The notes under the pieces were generated by a model. It had not been told where the DNA came from and ran no database searches. It saw nothing but the letters and a program-made list of their open reading frames with translations. Positions 38,458 to 47,999 of a stretch of 64,000 nt of DNA are shown here, one piece after another. Numbering within the stretch: the first letter of the stretch is position 1; each line of letters begins with the position of its first letter. The position numbers and the translations under genes are program-made. Source of the stretch: Betaproteobacteria bacterium (lineage in GTDB: Bacteria > Pseudomonadota > Gammaproteobacteria > Burkholderiales > SG8-41); contig JBQTHU010000126.1 of the NCBI GenBank assembly GCA_052389535.1, positions 3,243-67,242 of the forward strand, read 5' to 3'.

Positions 38458-39831
38458 ATGGCTCTTAACGTCGTGATCCTTGCCGCCGGTCAGGGAAAGC
38501 GCATGTATTCAGCGCGCCCGAAGGTCTTGCACCGGCTTGGCGGGCGTCCGCTGCTGGCGCACGTCATCGATACCGCACGAGCGTTGCGCGCCGAACGCAT
38601 TTGCGTGGTGTACGGGCACGGCGGGGAAGAGGTGCCGCGTGCCATGTTTGAAGCGGGCGTCGAGTTCATCAGGCAGGAGCCTCAGCGCGGCACCGGAGAC
38701 GCGCTGATGAAAGCGCTGCCGCATCTCGGCGCCGCCGAGCGTACTCTCGTCCTGTACGGCGATGTGCCGCTGGTGCGTGCCGCCACGCTTACCGCTTTGC
38801 TGGAAGCGCGCATGCCCAGTGTCGTTGTGCTGAGCGCGGAACTCGAGAATCCGACAGGGTATGGCCGCATGGTGCGGGACAATGGGGGTCGTCTGGTGGC
38901 CATAATGGAGGACCAGGATGCCAGCGCCGAACAGCGGGCCGTGCGCGAGGTGAATACCGGCATCATGGTTCTGCCAACGGCGCGACTCCGCGACTGGCTT
39001 TCCCGGCTGACGAACCGGAATGCCCAGGGCGAGTATTACCTGACCGATGTGGTGTCGCTCGCGCTCGCGGACGGGGTTGCGGTGAACGCCATGAGAATCG
39101 GCGCGCCGTGGGAAATTCAAGGGGTGAACAACCGGGCGCAACTGGCGCAGCTGGAGCGGCTCTTTCAGCAGCAGTGCGCCAGCCGCCTGCTGGAGCAGGG
39201 GGTGACGCTGGCGGACCCGGCCCGTTTCGACCTGCGCGGCGAAATCGCCTGCGGCAACGACGTGGCGATCGATGTGAACTGCGTGTTCGAGGGCAAGGTT
39301 ACGCTCGCAGGCGGGGTGGAAATCGGTGCCAACTGCGTCTTGCGCGACGTGGAAGTCGGCGAAGGAACCCGCATCGAGCCCTTCACCCACATCGACGGGG
39401 CGACGATCGGTGCGCGTTGCCGCATCGGGCCGTTTGCACGCATACGCCCGGGAACGCGGCTCGGCGAGGACGTCCACGTCGGCAATTTCGTGGAGATCAA
39501 GGCGAGCGAAATCGCGGCAGGCTCGAAGGCCAACCATCTCGCATACGTCGGCGATGCGACAGTGGGCGGCAACGTCAATATCGGCGCCGGCACCATAACG
39601 TGCAATTACGACGGCGCCAACAAGCACCGCACCGTGATCGAAGACGACGTACACATCGGATCCGATGTGCAGCTGGTGGCGCCGGTCACGGTGGCGCGAG
39701 GAGCGACTATCGGCGCCGGCACGACCGTGTGGAAAGATACGGCCTCGGGCGGCCTCATCATCAATCCGAAAAGCCAGGAGCAGCGATCCGGATGGACTCG
39801 CCCCACGAAGCGTATCGATCGGGAGCGATGA
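38458..39831 (+). CDS. glmU: bifunctional UDP-N-acetylglucosamine pyrophosphorylase / GlcN-1-P acetyltransferase
   Basis: [10 protein letters not shown]-terminus and C-terminal left-handed beta-helix hexapeptide repeats. 457 aa. Confidence 0.95.
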   Translation: MALNVVILAAGQGKRMYSARPKVLHRLGGRPLLAHVIDTARALRAERICVVYGHGGEEVPRAMFEAGVEFIRQEPQRGTGDALMKALPHLGAAERTLVLYGDVPLVRAATLTALLEARMPSVVVLSAELENPTGYGRMVRDNGGRLVAIMEDQDASAEQRAVREVNTGIMVLPTARLRDWLSRLTNRNAQGEYYLTDVVSLALADGVAVNAMRIGAPWEIQGVNNRAQLAQLERLFQQQCASRLLEQGVTLADPARFDLRGEIACGNDVAIDVNCVFEGKVTLAGGVEIGANCVLRDVEVGEGTRIEPFTHIDGATIGARCRIGPFARIRPGTRLGEDVHVGNFVEIKASEIAAGSKANHLAYVGDATVGGNVNIGAGTITCNYDGANKHRTVIEDDVHIGSDVQLVAPVTVARGATIGAGTTVWKDTASGGLIINPKSQEQRSGWTRPTKRIDRER

Positions 39832-39895
39832 CAGCGGCCTTGCGTAGCGGCGATCGGGCCGGATGGCTCGGTTTCGGGATCTTGTCGAACCCGGT

Positions 39896-41746
39896 ATGTG
39901 CGGCATAGTCGGCGCCGTCGCGCAACGGGATATCGTTCCGGTCCTCCTGGAAGGCCTGAAACGGCTCGAGTACCGGGGTTACGATTCAGCGGGCATCGCC
40001 GTGCTCGACGATTACGCGGGCGAGGCAAGGCTTCACGCGCTGCGCCGGTTGCGTAGCGCAGGACGGGTCGCCGAGCTCTGCAGCCTGGTCGAGCAGCAGC
40101 GGCTTGCCGCTCCGCTCGGTATTGCGCATACCCGCTGGGCGACGCATGGCGCGCCCTCAGAGCGCAACGCCCACCCTCATATCTCGGGCGGCATCGCCGT
40201 CGTGCACAACGGCATCATCGAGAACCATGAGGCGATCAGGCAGCAATTGCAGGCGCGCGGTTACCGCTTCGCGTCGGACACCGATACCGAAGTGATTGCG
40301 CATCTGATTCACGCTCACCTCGCGCATGACAGCGATATCTTCTCGGCCACCCGCCGCGCGTCTGGCGAGTTGCGCGGCGCGTTTGCCATTGCAGTGCTGG
40401 CGGACGCCTGTCCCGGCCGACTGGTCGTCGCGCGGCAAGGTGCGCCTTTGCTGCTCGGCATAGGCGAGCAAGCGCACTACGCGGCATCCGACGTCTCGGC
40501 CCTGCTGGCGGTGACGCAAACCGTTATCTTTCTGGAGGACGGCGACATCGCGGAGCTGCGCTGCGAAGGCTATCGCATCGTTGACGCAGGAGGTGTCCCG
40601 GCAAAGCGTCCGGTACACGTCAGCGAACTTTCCGCTTCCGCCGTGGAACTGGGGCCGTACGGGCATTACATGCAGAAGGAAATCTTCGAGCAGCCGGGCG
40701 CGGTCGCGGCTACGCTCGAAATGGTCACGAACGGCGCCTCGGTGCTGCCGGAGATATTCGGCGTGAACGCGGCACCCGTATTCCAAGGTGCCCGAAGCGT
40801 TCTGATCCTCGCCTGCGGAACCAGCTATCACGCCGGCATGGTGGCGCGCTACTGGCTGGAGGCGATGGCCGCCATACCGTGCAACGTGGAAATCGCGAGC
40901 GAGTACCGATATCGCGAGTCCGTCCCGGATCCGAAGACACTCGTGGTTACGATATCCCAGTCGGGTGAGACCGCGGACACCCTAGCCGCCCTCCACCATG
41001 CCCGCGAACTCGGACAGCCGCATGCGTTGACCGTATGCAACGTCCCCGAATCGGCGCTGGTCCGCGCCTCTGCACTGCGTTTTCTTACGCGCGCCGGCCC
41101 CGAGATCGGCGTTGCCTCGACCAAGGCGTTCACTACACAGCTGGCCGCGCTGCTGCTGCTCGCCATGGTGCTCGCCAAAGCGCGCGGCCGTCTCGGCGAA
41201 GAGCGCGAACGGGCCCTGATCACGGCGCTGCGCCACTTGCCGGCGGCGCTGTCGCACGTGCTGCAGGTCGAAGAGATGATCAAGGCGTGGGCAGCCCGGT
41301 TTGCGCAGCATCCTCATGCGCTTTTCCTGGGCCGCGGCATCCATTACCCCATTGCGATGGAAGGCGCGCTGAAGCTCAAGGAAATTTCCTACATCCACGC
41401 CGAGGCCTATCCCGCCGGCGAACTCAAGCACGGACCGCTGGCGCTCGTCGACCAGAACATGCCGGTGGTGGCGATCGCTCCTCAGGATGCGCTGCTCGAG
41501 AAGCTCAAATCGAATCTTCAGGAGGTTCGTGCGCGCGGCGGTGAACTCTACGTGCTGGCGGACCAGGGCACGCATATCGAGGCGGCGGACGGGCTGCACG
41601 TCATCCGGCTCACGGACCACGCGGGGCCGCTTTCGCCCATTCTGCACGTCGTCCCGTTGCAGCTGCTCGCGTATCACTGCGCGCTCATTCGCGGCACCGA
41701 TGTGGATAAGCCGCGCAACCTGGCGAAGTCCGTGACGGTGGAGTAG
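39896..41746 (+). CDS. glmS: glutamine--fructose-6-phosphate aminotransferase
   Basis: MCGIVG N-terminal nucleophile (start at the ATG at 39896), two SIS domains and the C-terminal NLAKSVTVE. Confidence 0.95.
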   Translation: MCGIVGAVAQRDIVPVLLEGLKRLEYRGYDSAGIAVLDDYAGEARLHALRRLRSAGRVAELCSLVEQQRLAAPLGIAHTRWATHGAPSERNAHPHISGGIAVVHNGIIENHEAIRQQLQARGYRFASDTDTEVIAHLIHAHLAHDSDIFSATRRASGELRGAFAIAVLADACPGRLVVARQGAPLLLGIGEQAHYAASDVSALLAVTQTVIFLEDGDIAELRCEGYRIVDAGGVPAKRPVHVSELSASAVELGPYGHYMQKEIFEQPGAVAATLEMVTNGASVLPEIFGVNAAPVFQGARSVLILACGTSYHAGMVARYWLEAMAAIPCNVEIASEYRYRESVPDPKTLVVTISQSGETADTLAALHHARELGQPHALTVCNVPESALVRASALRFLTRAGPEIGVASTKAFTTQLAALLLLAMVLAKARGRLGEERERALITALRHLPAALSHVLQVEEMIKAWAARFAQHPHALFLGRGIHYPIAMEGALKLKEISYIHAEAYPAGELKHGPLALVDQNMPVVAIAPQDALLEKLKSNLQEVRARGGELYVLADQGTHIEAADGLHVIRLTDHAGPLSPILHVVPLQLLAYHCALIRGTDVDKPRNLAKSVTVE

Positions 41747-41754
41747 CGGCGAGA

Positions 41755-42408
41755 CTACTTCGTGGCGCGCCGCGCGCGTGCGATGCGGATGAGTTCTTCG
41801 AGCACGGGGATCATGCGCTGCTCCGAGCGCGCCATGGCGGGCGAAGTGAGATAGCGCCCGTCGACGACCAGCGACGGGGTGCCCTGAACGTTGTAGTCGG
41901 AGGTGAGTTCCTTTGCCTGCCGGACCTTCTGCGTGACCGCAGTGGAGTTATACGCTTCAGTCCACAAGCGCCCGTCGATCCCCTGCTTCTGCGCCCACTG
42001 CAGCATGATTTCCGCCTTGCTCATGTGCAGTTCCTGCACGTGATAGCCGTGATAGACCGCCTGATGCAGGCGCTCCACTTCCCCGAGCGCTTCCAGGGTG
42101 TAATAGATGCGTGCGTGAGGCGCCCAGTTGTCGCGCAGAATGGCCGGGATGCGACGCAGCGACACGTCGGGCGGCATGCGCTTCACCCAGTCCTCCAGCG
42201 CTGGTTGAAACGTGTAGCAGTGCGGACATCCGTACCAGAAAAAATCGATGACTTCGATGCGCGGTCCCGATACGGCTTGCTGTTCGATCAGCCGGTAGTC
42301 CACATTGACACGGACCGACGACCCGTCCTGGGCGTGCGCAACCGAAAAGATGCAGACGTACAGAAGGAGCGCGAGAGCTCGTCTCGCACGCCACCCCGCG
42401 CCCGGCAT
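41755..42408 (-). CDS. dsbA: thiol:disulfide interchange protein DsbA (paralog 2)
   Basis: Signal peptide MPGAGWRARRALALLLYVCIFSVAHA, CPHC active site and a GTP cis-Pro loop. The start is the ATG at 42408, internal to the maximal ORF 41755..42873. Confidence 0.85.
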   Translation of the reverse strand: MPGAGWRARRALALLLYVCIFSVAHAQDGSSVRVNVDYRLIEQQAVSGPRIEVIDFFWYGCPHCYTFQPALEDWVKRMPPDVSLRRIPAILRDNWAPHARIYYTLEALGEVERLHQAVYHGYHVQELHMSKAEIMLQWAQKQGIDGRLWTEAYNSTAVTQKVRQAKELTSDYNVQGTPSLVVDGRYLTSPAMARSEQRMIPVLEELIRIARARRATK

Positions 42409-42419
42409 CCTCGGCGCGA

Positions 42420-43082
42420 TCACTTCCCGCCCCGGGCCTTGCGCGCGAGCGCGATGACGTCGTCCAAAACCTTGAAGTATCGGTCGTAGTTGATGCTGTT
42501 GTCGGGGTTGAGCGTGAGCGAGGGGGCGGTCAGGTACTTGCCGTCCACGATGACGGCCGGTGTGCCCGGTATGTCGTAGTTCGCAGTCACTTCCTTCGCC
42601 CGTTGCGAACGCGATTGCACCGCGAAGGAATTGTAAGTTTCGATGAACTTCTGTCGGTCGACGCCCTGCGCGGCAACCCAGTCGAACAGCACTTTTTGAT
42701 CCTGCAGCCGCAGTTTCTTTTCGTGTATTGCCATGAACACGTCGTGATGCAGCTTGTCCACGAGCCCCATCGCCTCGATCGTGAAATACGCCTTGGTGAG
42801 CGGCACCCACGACTCCTGGAACACCGCGGGCGCGCGCTTGAACTCCACATCCGCCGGCTTGCGCTTCAGCCACGCGCTGAGCGGGCCCTGAAGGTTACTG
42901 CAGTGCGGACACCCGTAATAGAAGAATTCCAGCACCTCGATGCGGGGCCCGCTCGTTACCGGCTGCGGCGAACCAAGGGTGCGGTAATCCCGACCGGCCA
43001 CCGCCTGGGCCAGCGACGAAACCGAGGTCGCGGCGAGGGTGAACCCGATCGCGACCGCAATAAACCATCTCGATATCTTCAT
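42420..43082 (-). CDS. dsbA: thiol:disulfide interchange protein DsbA (paralog 1)
   Basis: Signal peptide, CPHC active site and a GTP cis-Pro loop. 220 aa. Confidence 0.9.
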   Translation of the reverse strand: MKISRWFIAVAIGFTLAATSVSSLAQAVAGRDYRTLGSPQPVTSGPRIEVLEFFYYGCPHCSNLQGPLSAWLKRKPADVEFKRAPAVFQESWVPLTKAYFTIEAMGLVDKLHHDVFMAIHEKKLRLQDQKVLFDWVAAQGVDRQKFIETYNSFAVQSRSQRAKEVTANYDIPGTPAVIVDGKYLTAPSLTLNPDNSINYDRYFKVLDDVIALARKARGGK

Positions 43083-43114
43083 TGCCTTTCCACCCGTTCC
43101 GGGAGCGTAACGGA

Positions 43115-43696
43115 CTAGCGCCCGTCCCGCACTTTGATGAGAGTCGTTTCCACTCCGTTGTGCTTGAGCGTATCGCGCGTCTGGTTCAGGCGTTCAACGC
43201 TGGTATAGGGGCCGATGCGTACACGATGCCACACACCTTTGTCCGGGACCGAAGTCGTCTGGATGGTAGCCTCGATGCCGAGCAACGCCAGGCGCGCCTT
43301 CAGGTTATCGGCGTCGGATGCGCTCTGGAAAGCACCGGCCTGCAGGAAAAAGGCCTCCTTGGCCGAGGCGGGCACCGCTTTCTGCGCTTCCTTCATCTGC
43401 TGTTCCGTCGCGGGCTCCTCCGTCCCCGGGAGGATTTTGTAGAAGTCGAAGCGTGGCTTGCTCTCGACCGGCCGGGCTGTCCTCTCTTCGGTGCGGGCGC
43501 TCTGCGCCGGCTTGTCACTTTGCTGCGCGGGCGTGCGGCTCAGGAACGGGCTCGGGACCCTGTTGATATACCAGGCGACCCCGAGCGCGATGCCCAATCC
43601 CAGAAGCAGGCCGATCAGGATGCCTACCAGGAAGGTATGTCCGCCGCCGCCGCGCCCGGCCGCTTTGCGTTCGCTGCGCTTGTAATCCCTGGTCAT
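43115..43696 (-). CDS. SPOR domain cell-division/peptidoglycan-binding protein
   Basis: N-terminal transmembrane anchor, a low-complexity linker and a C-terminal SPOR-like domain (FFLQAGAFQSASDADNLKARLALLG...HRVRIGPY). Confidence 0.8.
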   Translation of the reverse strand: MTRDYKRSERKAAGRGGGGHTFLVGILIGLLLGLGIALGVAWYINRVPSPFLSRTPAQQSDKPAQSARTEERTARPVESKPRFDFYKILPGTEEPATEQQMKEAQKAVPASAKEAFFLQAGAFQSASDADNLKARLALLGIEATIQTTSVPDKGVWHRVRIGPYTSVERLNQTRDTLKHNGVETTLIKVRDGR

Positions 43697-43705
43697 GCGA
43701 ATATC

Positions 43706-45451
43706 TTACATTCTTTCCGGAGCGCTCACACCGAGCAGATCGAGCCCGTTACGGATCACCTGACGCACGGCGGTGACCAGCGCAAGCCTTGCGAGCCGCA
43801 ATGCCTGATCATCCACGAGGAGGCGCGTCGCATTGTAATAGCTGTGAAAATCGGCGGCGAGTTCCCGCAGGTAGAAAGCGATGAGATGCGGCGCCATCTC
43901 GCGCGCTGCATCTTCAACCGTGTCGGAATAGTCGATCAGTTTCTGCAGCAATGCGAGTTCCTGCCCGGACGTGAGCGGCGCAAGAGAAACGTCGAGCAGC
44001 GCCTCGAGCCGCCCCGCCCACTGTTCATGCACGCTGCACACGCGGGCGTGGGCGTATTGTATGTAGTACACCGGGTTGTCGTTGCTCTGGGATTTCGCGA
44101 GGTCGAGGTCGAAATCGAGATGCTGATCGCTTTTGCGCAATACGTAGAAAAAGCGCGCGGCATCATTTCCAACCTCGCGCCGCAGCTCGCGTAGCGTAAC
44201 GAATTCTCCAGCGCGTGTGGACATGGAGACCTTCTGTCCGCCGCGATACAACACGGCGAACTGGACCAGGGCGACCGTGAGCCGCGTCGGGCTGTAACCC
44301 AGCGCTTCCACTGCGCCTTTCACGCGGGCGATGTAGCCATGGTGATCGGCGCCCCACACGTCCACGACCACATCGAATCCGCGCTCGAACTTGTTCAAGT
44401 GATAGGCGATGTCGGAAGCGAAATAGGTGTACTGTCCGTTCTCGCGCTGCAGGACGCGGTCCTTTTCGTCGCCGAAGTGAGTGGAACGGAACCACCGTGC
44501 GCCGTCCTGCTGGTAGAGGTGGCCATGCGCCTCCAGCAGTTCCATGGCGCGCGTGACCAGCCCGGACTCGTAAAGCGAGCGCTCAGAAAACCAGTGATCG
44601 TAGTGAACGCCGAACTCGGCGAGATCGCTGCGGCAGTCGGCGAGCTGCTCGTTGAGCGCAAACGCGTGAATATGCTCATAGTCTGCGCCGAGCAGCTTTT
44701 TAGCGTTCGCAATCAGTCCGTCGAGATGGGCTTCCGCGTCGGACGCGCTGTCCGGAACGCCCCTGACGAGAGCGCTCGCGTCGCGCGCATAGCGTGCGCC
44801 GTGCCCCTGGCACAGCGAGCGCGCCATATCGCGCACATAGGCACCCTGGTAGGCATTGGGCGGGAATGCGATCTCTGCCCCGGTCTCCTCCAGATACCTG
44901 AGCCAGGTCGAGAGCGCGAGGATATCCATCTGCCGGCCGGCATCGTTGATGTAGTACTCCCGCGAGACGACGAATCCGGCCGCGGAAAGGACGCTGGCAA
45001 GGCTGGCACCAAACGCCGCCCCGCGGCCGTGCCCGACGTGTAGCGGCCCGGTAGGATTGGCGGAGACGAATTCGACCTGGATCTTCTTGCCTTGCCCCAG
45101 CGCGCTTCTGCCGTAATCTCGCGCCGCCTGCAGCACGCGTCGGGCGGTCTCCTGCTTGAAATCCTTCGTCAGATAAACGTTGATGAAGCCGGGTCCCGCC
45201 ACTTCCGCGCGTTCGACGTACGGCGAGGCGGGCAGCGCGTCCACCAGACGGGCGGCGATATCGCGCGGCTTGGCGCGCAGGCCGCGCGCGAGCTGCAGCG
45301 CGATATTGCAGGCGTAATCGCCGTGCTGCGACTGCTTCGGCTTTTCCAGAATGATGTTTGCATCCCTGCCGCCGGCGCCCAGCGCCTGCAGCGCCTGCGC
45401 GATCAAACCGGAGAGGTGCGCCCGGAGATCCGGGGCGGGGGCGCTGCTCAT
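43706..45451 (-). CDS. argS: arginine--tRNA ligase
   Basis: Class I aaRS with SANPTGPLHVGH and the MSTR (KMSKS-like) motif. The start is the ATG at 45451, internal to the maximal ORF. Confidence 0.93.
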   Translation of the reverse strand: MSSAPAPDLRAHLSGLIAQALQALGAGGRDANIILEKPKQSQHGDYACNIALQLARGLRAKPRDIAARLVDALPASPYVERAEVAGPGFINVYLTKDFKQETARRVLQAARDYGRSALGQGKKIQVEFVSANPTGPLHVGHGRGAAFGASLASVLSAAGFVVSREYYINDAGRQMDILALSTWLRYLEETGAEIAFPPNAYQGAYVRDMARSLCQGHGARYARDASALVRGVPDSASDAEAHLDGLIANAKKLLGADYEHIHAFALNEQLADCRSDLAEFGVHYDHWFSERSLYESGLVTRAMELLEAHGHLYQQDGARWFRSTHFGDEKDRVLQRENGQYTYFASDIAYHLNKFERGFDVVVDVWGADHHGYIARVKGAVEALGYSPTRLTVALVQFAVLYRGGQKVSMSTRAGEFVTLRELRREVGNDAARFFYVLRKSDQHLDFDLDLAKSQSNDNPVYYIQYAHARVCSVHEQWAGRLEALLDVSLAPLTSGQELALLQKLIDYSDTVEDAAREMAPHLIAFYLRELAADFHSYYNATRLLVDDQALRLARLALVTAVRQVIRNGLDLLGVSAPERM

Positions 45452-45504
45452 TGAGCGAGGCACGGACGGAAAGCGCGCTATTATAGCGGAGGGGCCATCG
45501 CCGC

Positions 45505-47679
45505 TCAGAACTCCAGCGGATCCACGTCGAGCGACCAGCGGGCGCGGTTCGACCGCTCCTGAGCAAGTGCCTTTTGCCATGCAGCCAGGAAATCCTGAAG
45601 CCGGCGCCGCGATGCCGATTGCACGAGCAGTTGCGCCCGTTCCCGCCCGGCAACCCTGGCCAGCGTTGCCGGCACCGGATCGTAGATCTGCACTTTGGGC
45701 GAAAGCGCGCGGCCCGCGCGTACGGCGTCGGCCAGAAAGCCGAGGGCGCTCTCCATGCTGGCTGCTTCCGCGCGCAGCAGCGCTTGGTAGACGTAAGGCG
45801 GAAAGCCCGCCAGGCGGCGCTCTTCCAGCAATGTCCGCGCGAATCCCGCGTAGTCCTGCTCTTGCAGGGCGCGATAAAGCGGATGGTCGGGATAATCAGT
45901 CTGGATGAGCACCTGTCCCGCTGCACTGCCCCTGCCCGCCCGTCCTGCGACCTGCGTGAGGAGCGCGTAGAGGCGCTCGGAAGCCCGAATATCGGTGTTG
46001 TACAGCAGGCTATCGGCATTCAGCACCACAACCAGATTCAGGTTGGGAAAATCGTGCCCCTTGGCGAGAATCTGCGTTCCGACCAGGATATCCACTTCCC
46101 CATTTTCTATCTGACGTCGCATATCGGGCCATGCGAACTTGCGCCTTGTGCTGTCACGGTCGATACGCAGGATGCGGGCGAGTGAAAAACGGACCTGCAG
46201 CGCCTTTTCCACGCGTTGCGTGCCGTGCCCCAGCGGACGCAGTTCCTGGCCGCCGCATTCGGGGCAGGATCGCGGGATGGCGCCATGGTGGCCGCAATGA
46301 TGACAGCGAAGCTGCTGTGCCGCCTGATGGAGGACCAGATTCGCGGTGCAGCGGTGACACCGTGACAGCCACCCGCAGGCTCCGCACAAAAGCACGGGCG
46401 CATAACCGCGACGGTTGATGAAGACGAGGCTCTGCTCTTTGCGCTCGAGGCAGCGTGCCACCGCGTTCAGCAGGCGTCCCGAAAGGCCATCCGCAAGTCG
46501 CTCCCCGCGGGTAGCAATGCACTCGATGTGGGGAACGCCGCGGTTAATTCGCTGATGGAGCGCAAGCAGCCGGTATCTTCCCGAGAGCGCGTTGTGATAG
46601 CTCTCCAGCGCCGGCGTGGCGGAGCCAAGCACGACCGGCACCCCGCGCTGACGGGCCCGGACCACGGCAAGATCCCGGGCGGAATAGCGAAAGCCATCCG
46701 ATTGCTTGAGCGACGCATCGTGCTCTTCGTCCACGATGACGAGCGCCAGGTTCGGCATGGGTGTGAACACGCCAAGGCGCGTTCCCAGCACGATGCGGGC
46801 ACGGCCGGCGTGAGCGTCACGCCAGGCGGCGATGCGCTCGGTTTCGTTGAGCCCACTGTGCACGGTAGTCACCGGCGTGGCGGGAAAGCGTGCGCGGAGC
46901 GTTGCCTCGAGTTGGGGTGTCAGGGCGATCTCGGGCACCAACAGCAGAACCTGGCCGCTGCCGCGCAGCACCGTATCCATGCAATGCAGGTATACCTCGG
47001 TTTTGCCGCTACCCGTCACACCGAAAAGCAGAAAAGCCGCGAAGTGCTGGAGATGATGACATATCGCGTCCACCGCGTTTGCCTGCTCTTCGGTGAGCGC
47101 CGGCGCCGACGCGGTGAGGTGCGCCGCGGAACGAGGCGTATCCGGGGTGGGAGTGACTTCCACCACCCAGCCCCGGGCAATCCATCTGCGCAGGATGGAA
47201 GGCACGCTCTGCGAGATATCCGTGGCGCGGGATGCGTCTAACCCGTGCTTCAGAATATGCAAAAGGCGGCGCTGGACTCGCGCGCGAGCCGGAATTGCTT
47301 CGAGCGAGAGCGCCGCACCTCGCGCGGTCAGCACGAAGCAGCCGCGCTCTTGCGGCTGCTTCACTCGGCGTACCACGGCCGGGAGCGTGTTCATGACGGT
47401 CATGCCGAGCGGATGCCTGTAGTAAGCCGCGGCGAATTTCAGAAGAGAGAGATCAGCCGCGCTCAACGCCGGCGCATCCCTCCTAATTGCACCGATGCGG
47501 CGCAAACGACCCGGCGGCACGTCGCTTTGACTGACGACCTCCACGATTACACCGACGACATTTTTCTTTCCGAAGGGCACGACCGCTGGACGGCCGATAT
47601 CGGCGGCGCTTGCGTCTTCGGCGAGGTAATCGAACAGGGTATCTGCAGGAACGTCGATGGCAACGCGCGCGATTTTCAT
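45505..47679 (-). CDS. priA: primosomal replication-restart helicase PriA
   Basis: 724 aa. Walker A GVTGSGKTEVY, DEEHD, and Cys-rich zinc-binding insert (CGACGW...CHRC...CHHCG...CPECG). Confidence 0.93.
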   Translation of the reverse strand: MKIARVAIDVPADTLFDYLAEDASAADIGRPAVVPFGKKNVVGVIVEVVSQSDVPPGRLRRIGAIRRDAPALSAADLSLLKFAAAYYRHPLGMTVMNTLPAVVRRVKQPQERGCFVLTARGAALSLEAIPARARVQRRLLHILKHGLDASRATDISQSVPSILRRWIARGWVVEVTPTPDTPRSAAHLTASAPALTEEQANAVDAICHHLQHFAAFLLFGVTGSGKTEVYLHCMDTVLRGSGQVLLLVPEIALTPQLEATLRARFPATPVTTVHSGLNETERIAAWRDAHAGRARIVLGTRLGVFTPMPNLALVIVDEEHDASLKQSDGFRYSARDLAVVRARQRGVPVVLGSATPALESYHNALSGRYRLLALHQRINRGVPHIECIATRGERLADGLSGRLLNAVARCLERKEQSLVFINRRGYAPVLLCGACGWLSRCHRCTANLVLHQAAQQLRCHHCGHHGAIPRSCPECGGQELRPLGHGTQRVEKALQVRFSLARILRIDRDSTRRKFAWPDMRRQIENGEVDILVGTQILAKGHDFPNLNLVVVLNADSLLYNTDIRASERLYALLTQVAGRAGRGSAAGQVLIQTDYPDHPLYRALQEQDYAGFARTLLEERRLAGFPPYVYQALLRAEAASMESALGFLADAVRAGRALSPKVQIYDPVPATLARVAGRERAQLLVQSASRRRLQDFLAAWQKALAQERSNRARWSLDVDPLEF

Positions 47680-47778
47680 GGCGCATCTACAGGACAGACC
47701 AACGCGCTTAGCGCGGTTTGCTCAGGTCTGCATTGAGCACTTCGGCCTAAGCGGTTTAGCGGCCGGGAAAATCTGCGT

Positions 47779-47814
47779 TTATGCACAGCCGGCTGTGGAT
47801 AGTTGTGTGGATAG
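47779..47814. promoter_or_regulatory. trio of DnaA boxes: TTATGCACA (47779-87), TGTGGATAG (47794-802), TGTGGATAG (47806-14)
   Basis: Read directly. The first box fits TTATNCACA 9/9. The other two fit TGTGGATAA 8/9. Box 1 is inverted relative to boxes 2 and 3 across the perfect palindrome CACAGCCGGCTGTG. Confidence 0.6.
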
Positions 47815-47825
47815 AGCCTCATCCT

Positions 47826-47863
47826 ATGCTGGCCCGACTGCATCCGCAGCCCTGGGCCAGCAT
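47826..47863. repeat. perfect 10-bp inverted repeat ATGCTGGCCC / GGGCCAGCAT with an 18-nt spacer
   Basis: The arms at 47826-47835 and 47854-47863 are exact reverse complements. There is no flanking T or U tract, so it is not a classical terminator. Confidence 0.6.
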
Positions 47864-47883
47864 GCGGGAACTCCGAGGCTGGC

Positions 47884-47918
47884 AAGAAAAATCAATATAA
47901 TTATATAGTTACTTTGTT
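47884..47918. other. A+T-rich tract (30 of 35 nt A/T) in the hemE-priA spacer; candidate unwinding element or promoter region
   Basis: aagaaaaatcaatataattatatagttactttgtt, counted directly. It stands out against the GC-rich surroundings. It contains an AATCAA IHF-core-like hexamer and TATAAT on both strands. Confidence 0.5.
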
Positions 47919-47970
47919 CCTGCGGCGACCTCTGGCATGCCGTGCCTCCGCCGAGCCGGCACAGACCGGC

Positions 47971-47979
47971 TGTGCATAA
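47971..47979. promoter_or_regulatory. DnaA box TGTGCATAA (complement TTATGCACA)
   Basis: 9/9 fit to TTATNCACA on the minus strand. It shares the 5-prime flank CCGGCTGTG with the box at 47794. Confidence 0.55.
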
Positions 47980-47999
47980 TGGATCGCTCGCGAGCAGTT

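Noticed and set aside
42409-42873. A 155-codon N-terminal extension of the 41755..42873 ORF, which would make a 372-aa DsbA fusion.
   Set aside because: The extension overlaps the 3-prime end of the upstream dsbA gene in another frame and is R/G/A-rich nonsense. A proper signal peptide begins at the internal ATG at 42408.
47657-47908. An 83-aa plus-strand ORF and a 69-aa minus-strand ORF across the hemE-priA spacer.
   Set aside because: They start inside priA or run through the DnaA-box trio and inverted repeat. They have no SD sequence and no recognisable motif. I treat the spacer as non-coding.
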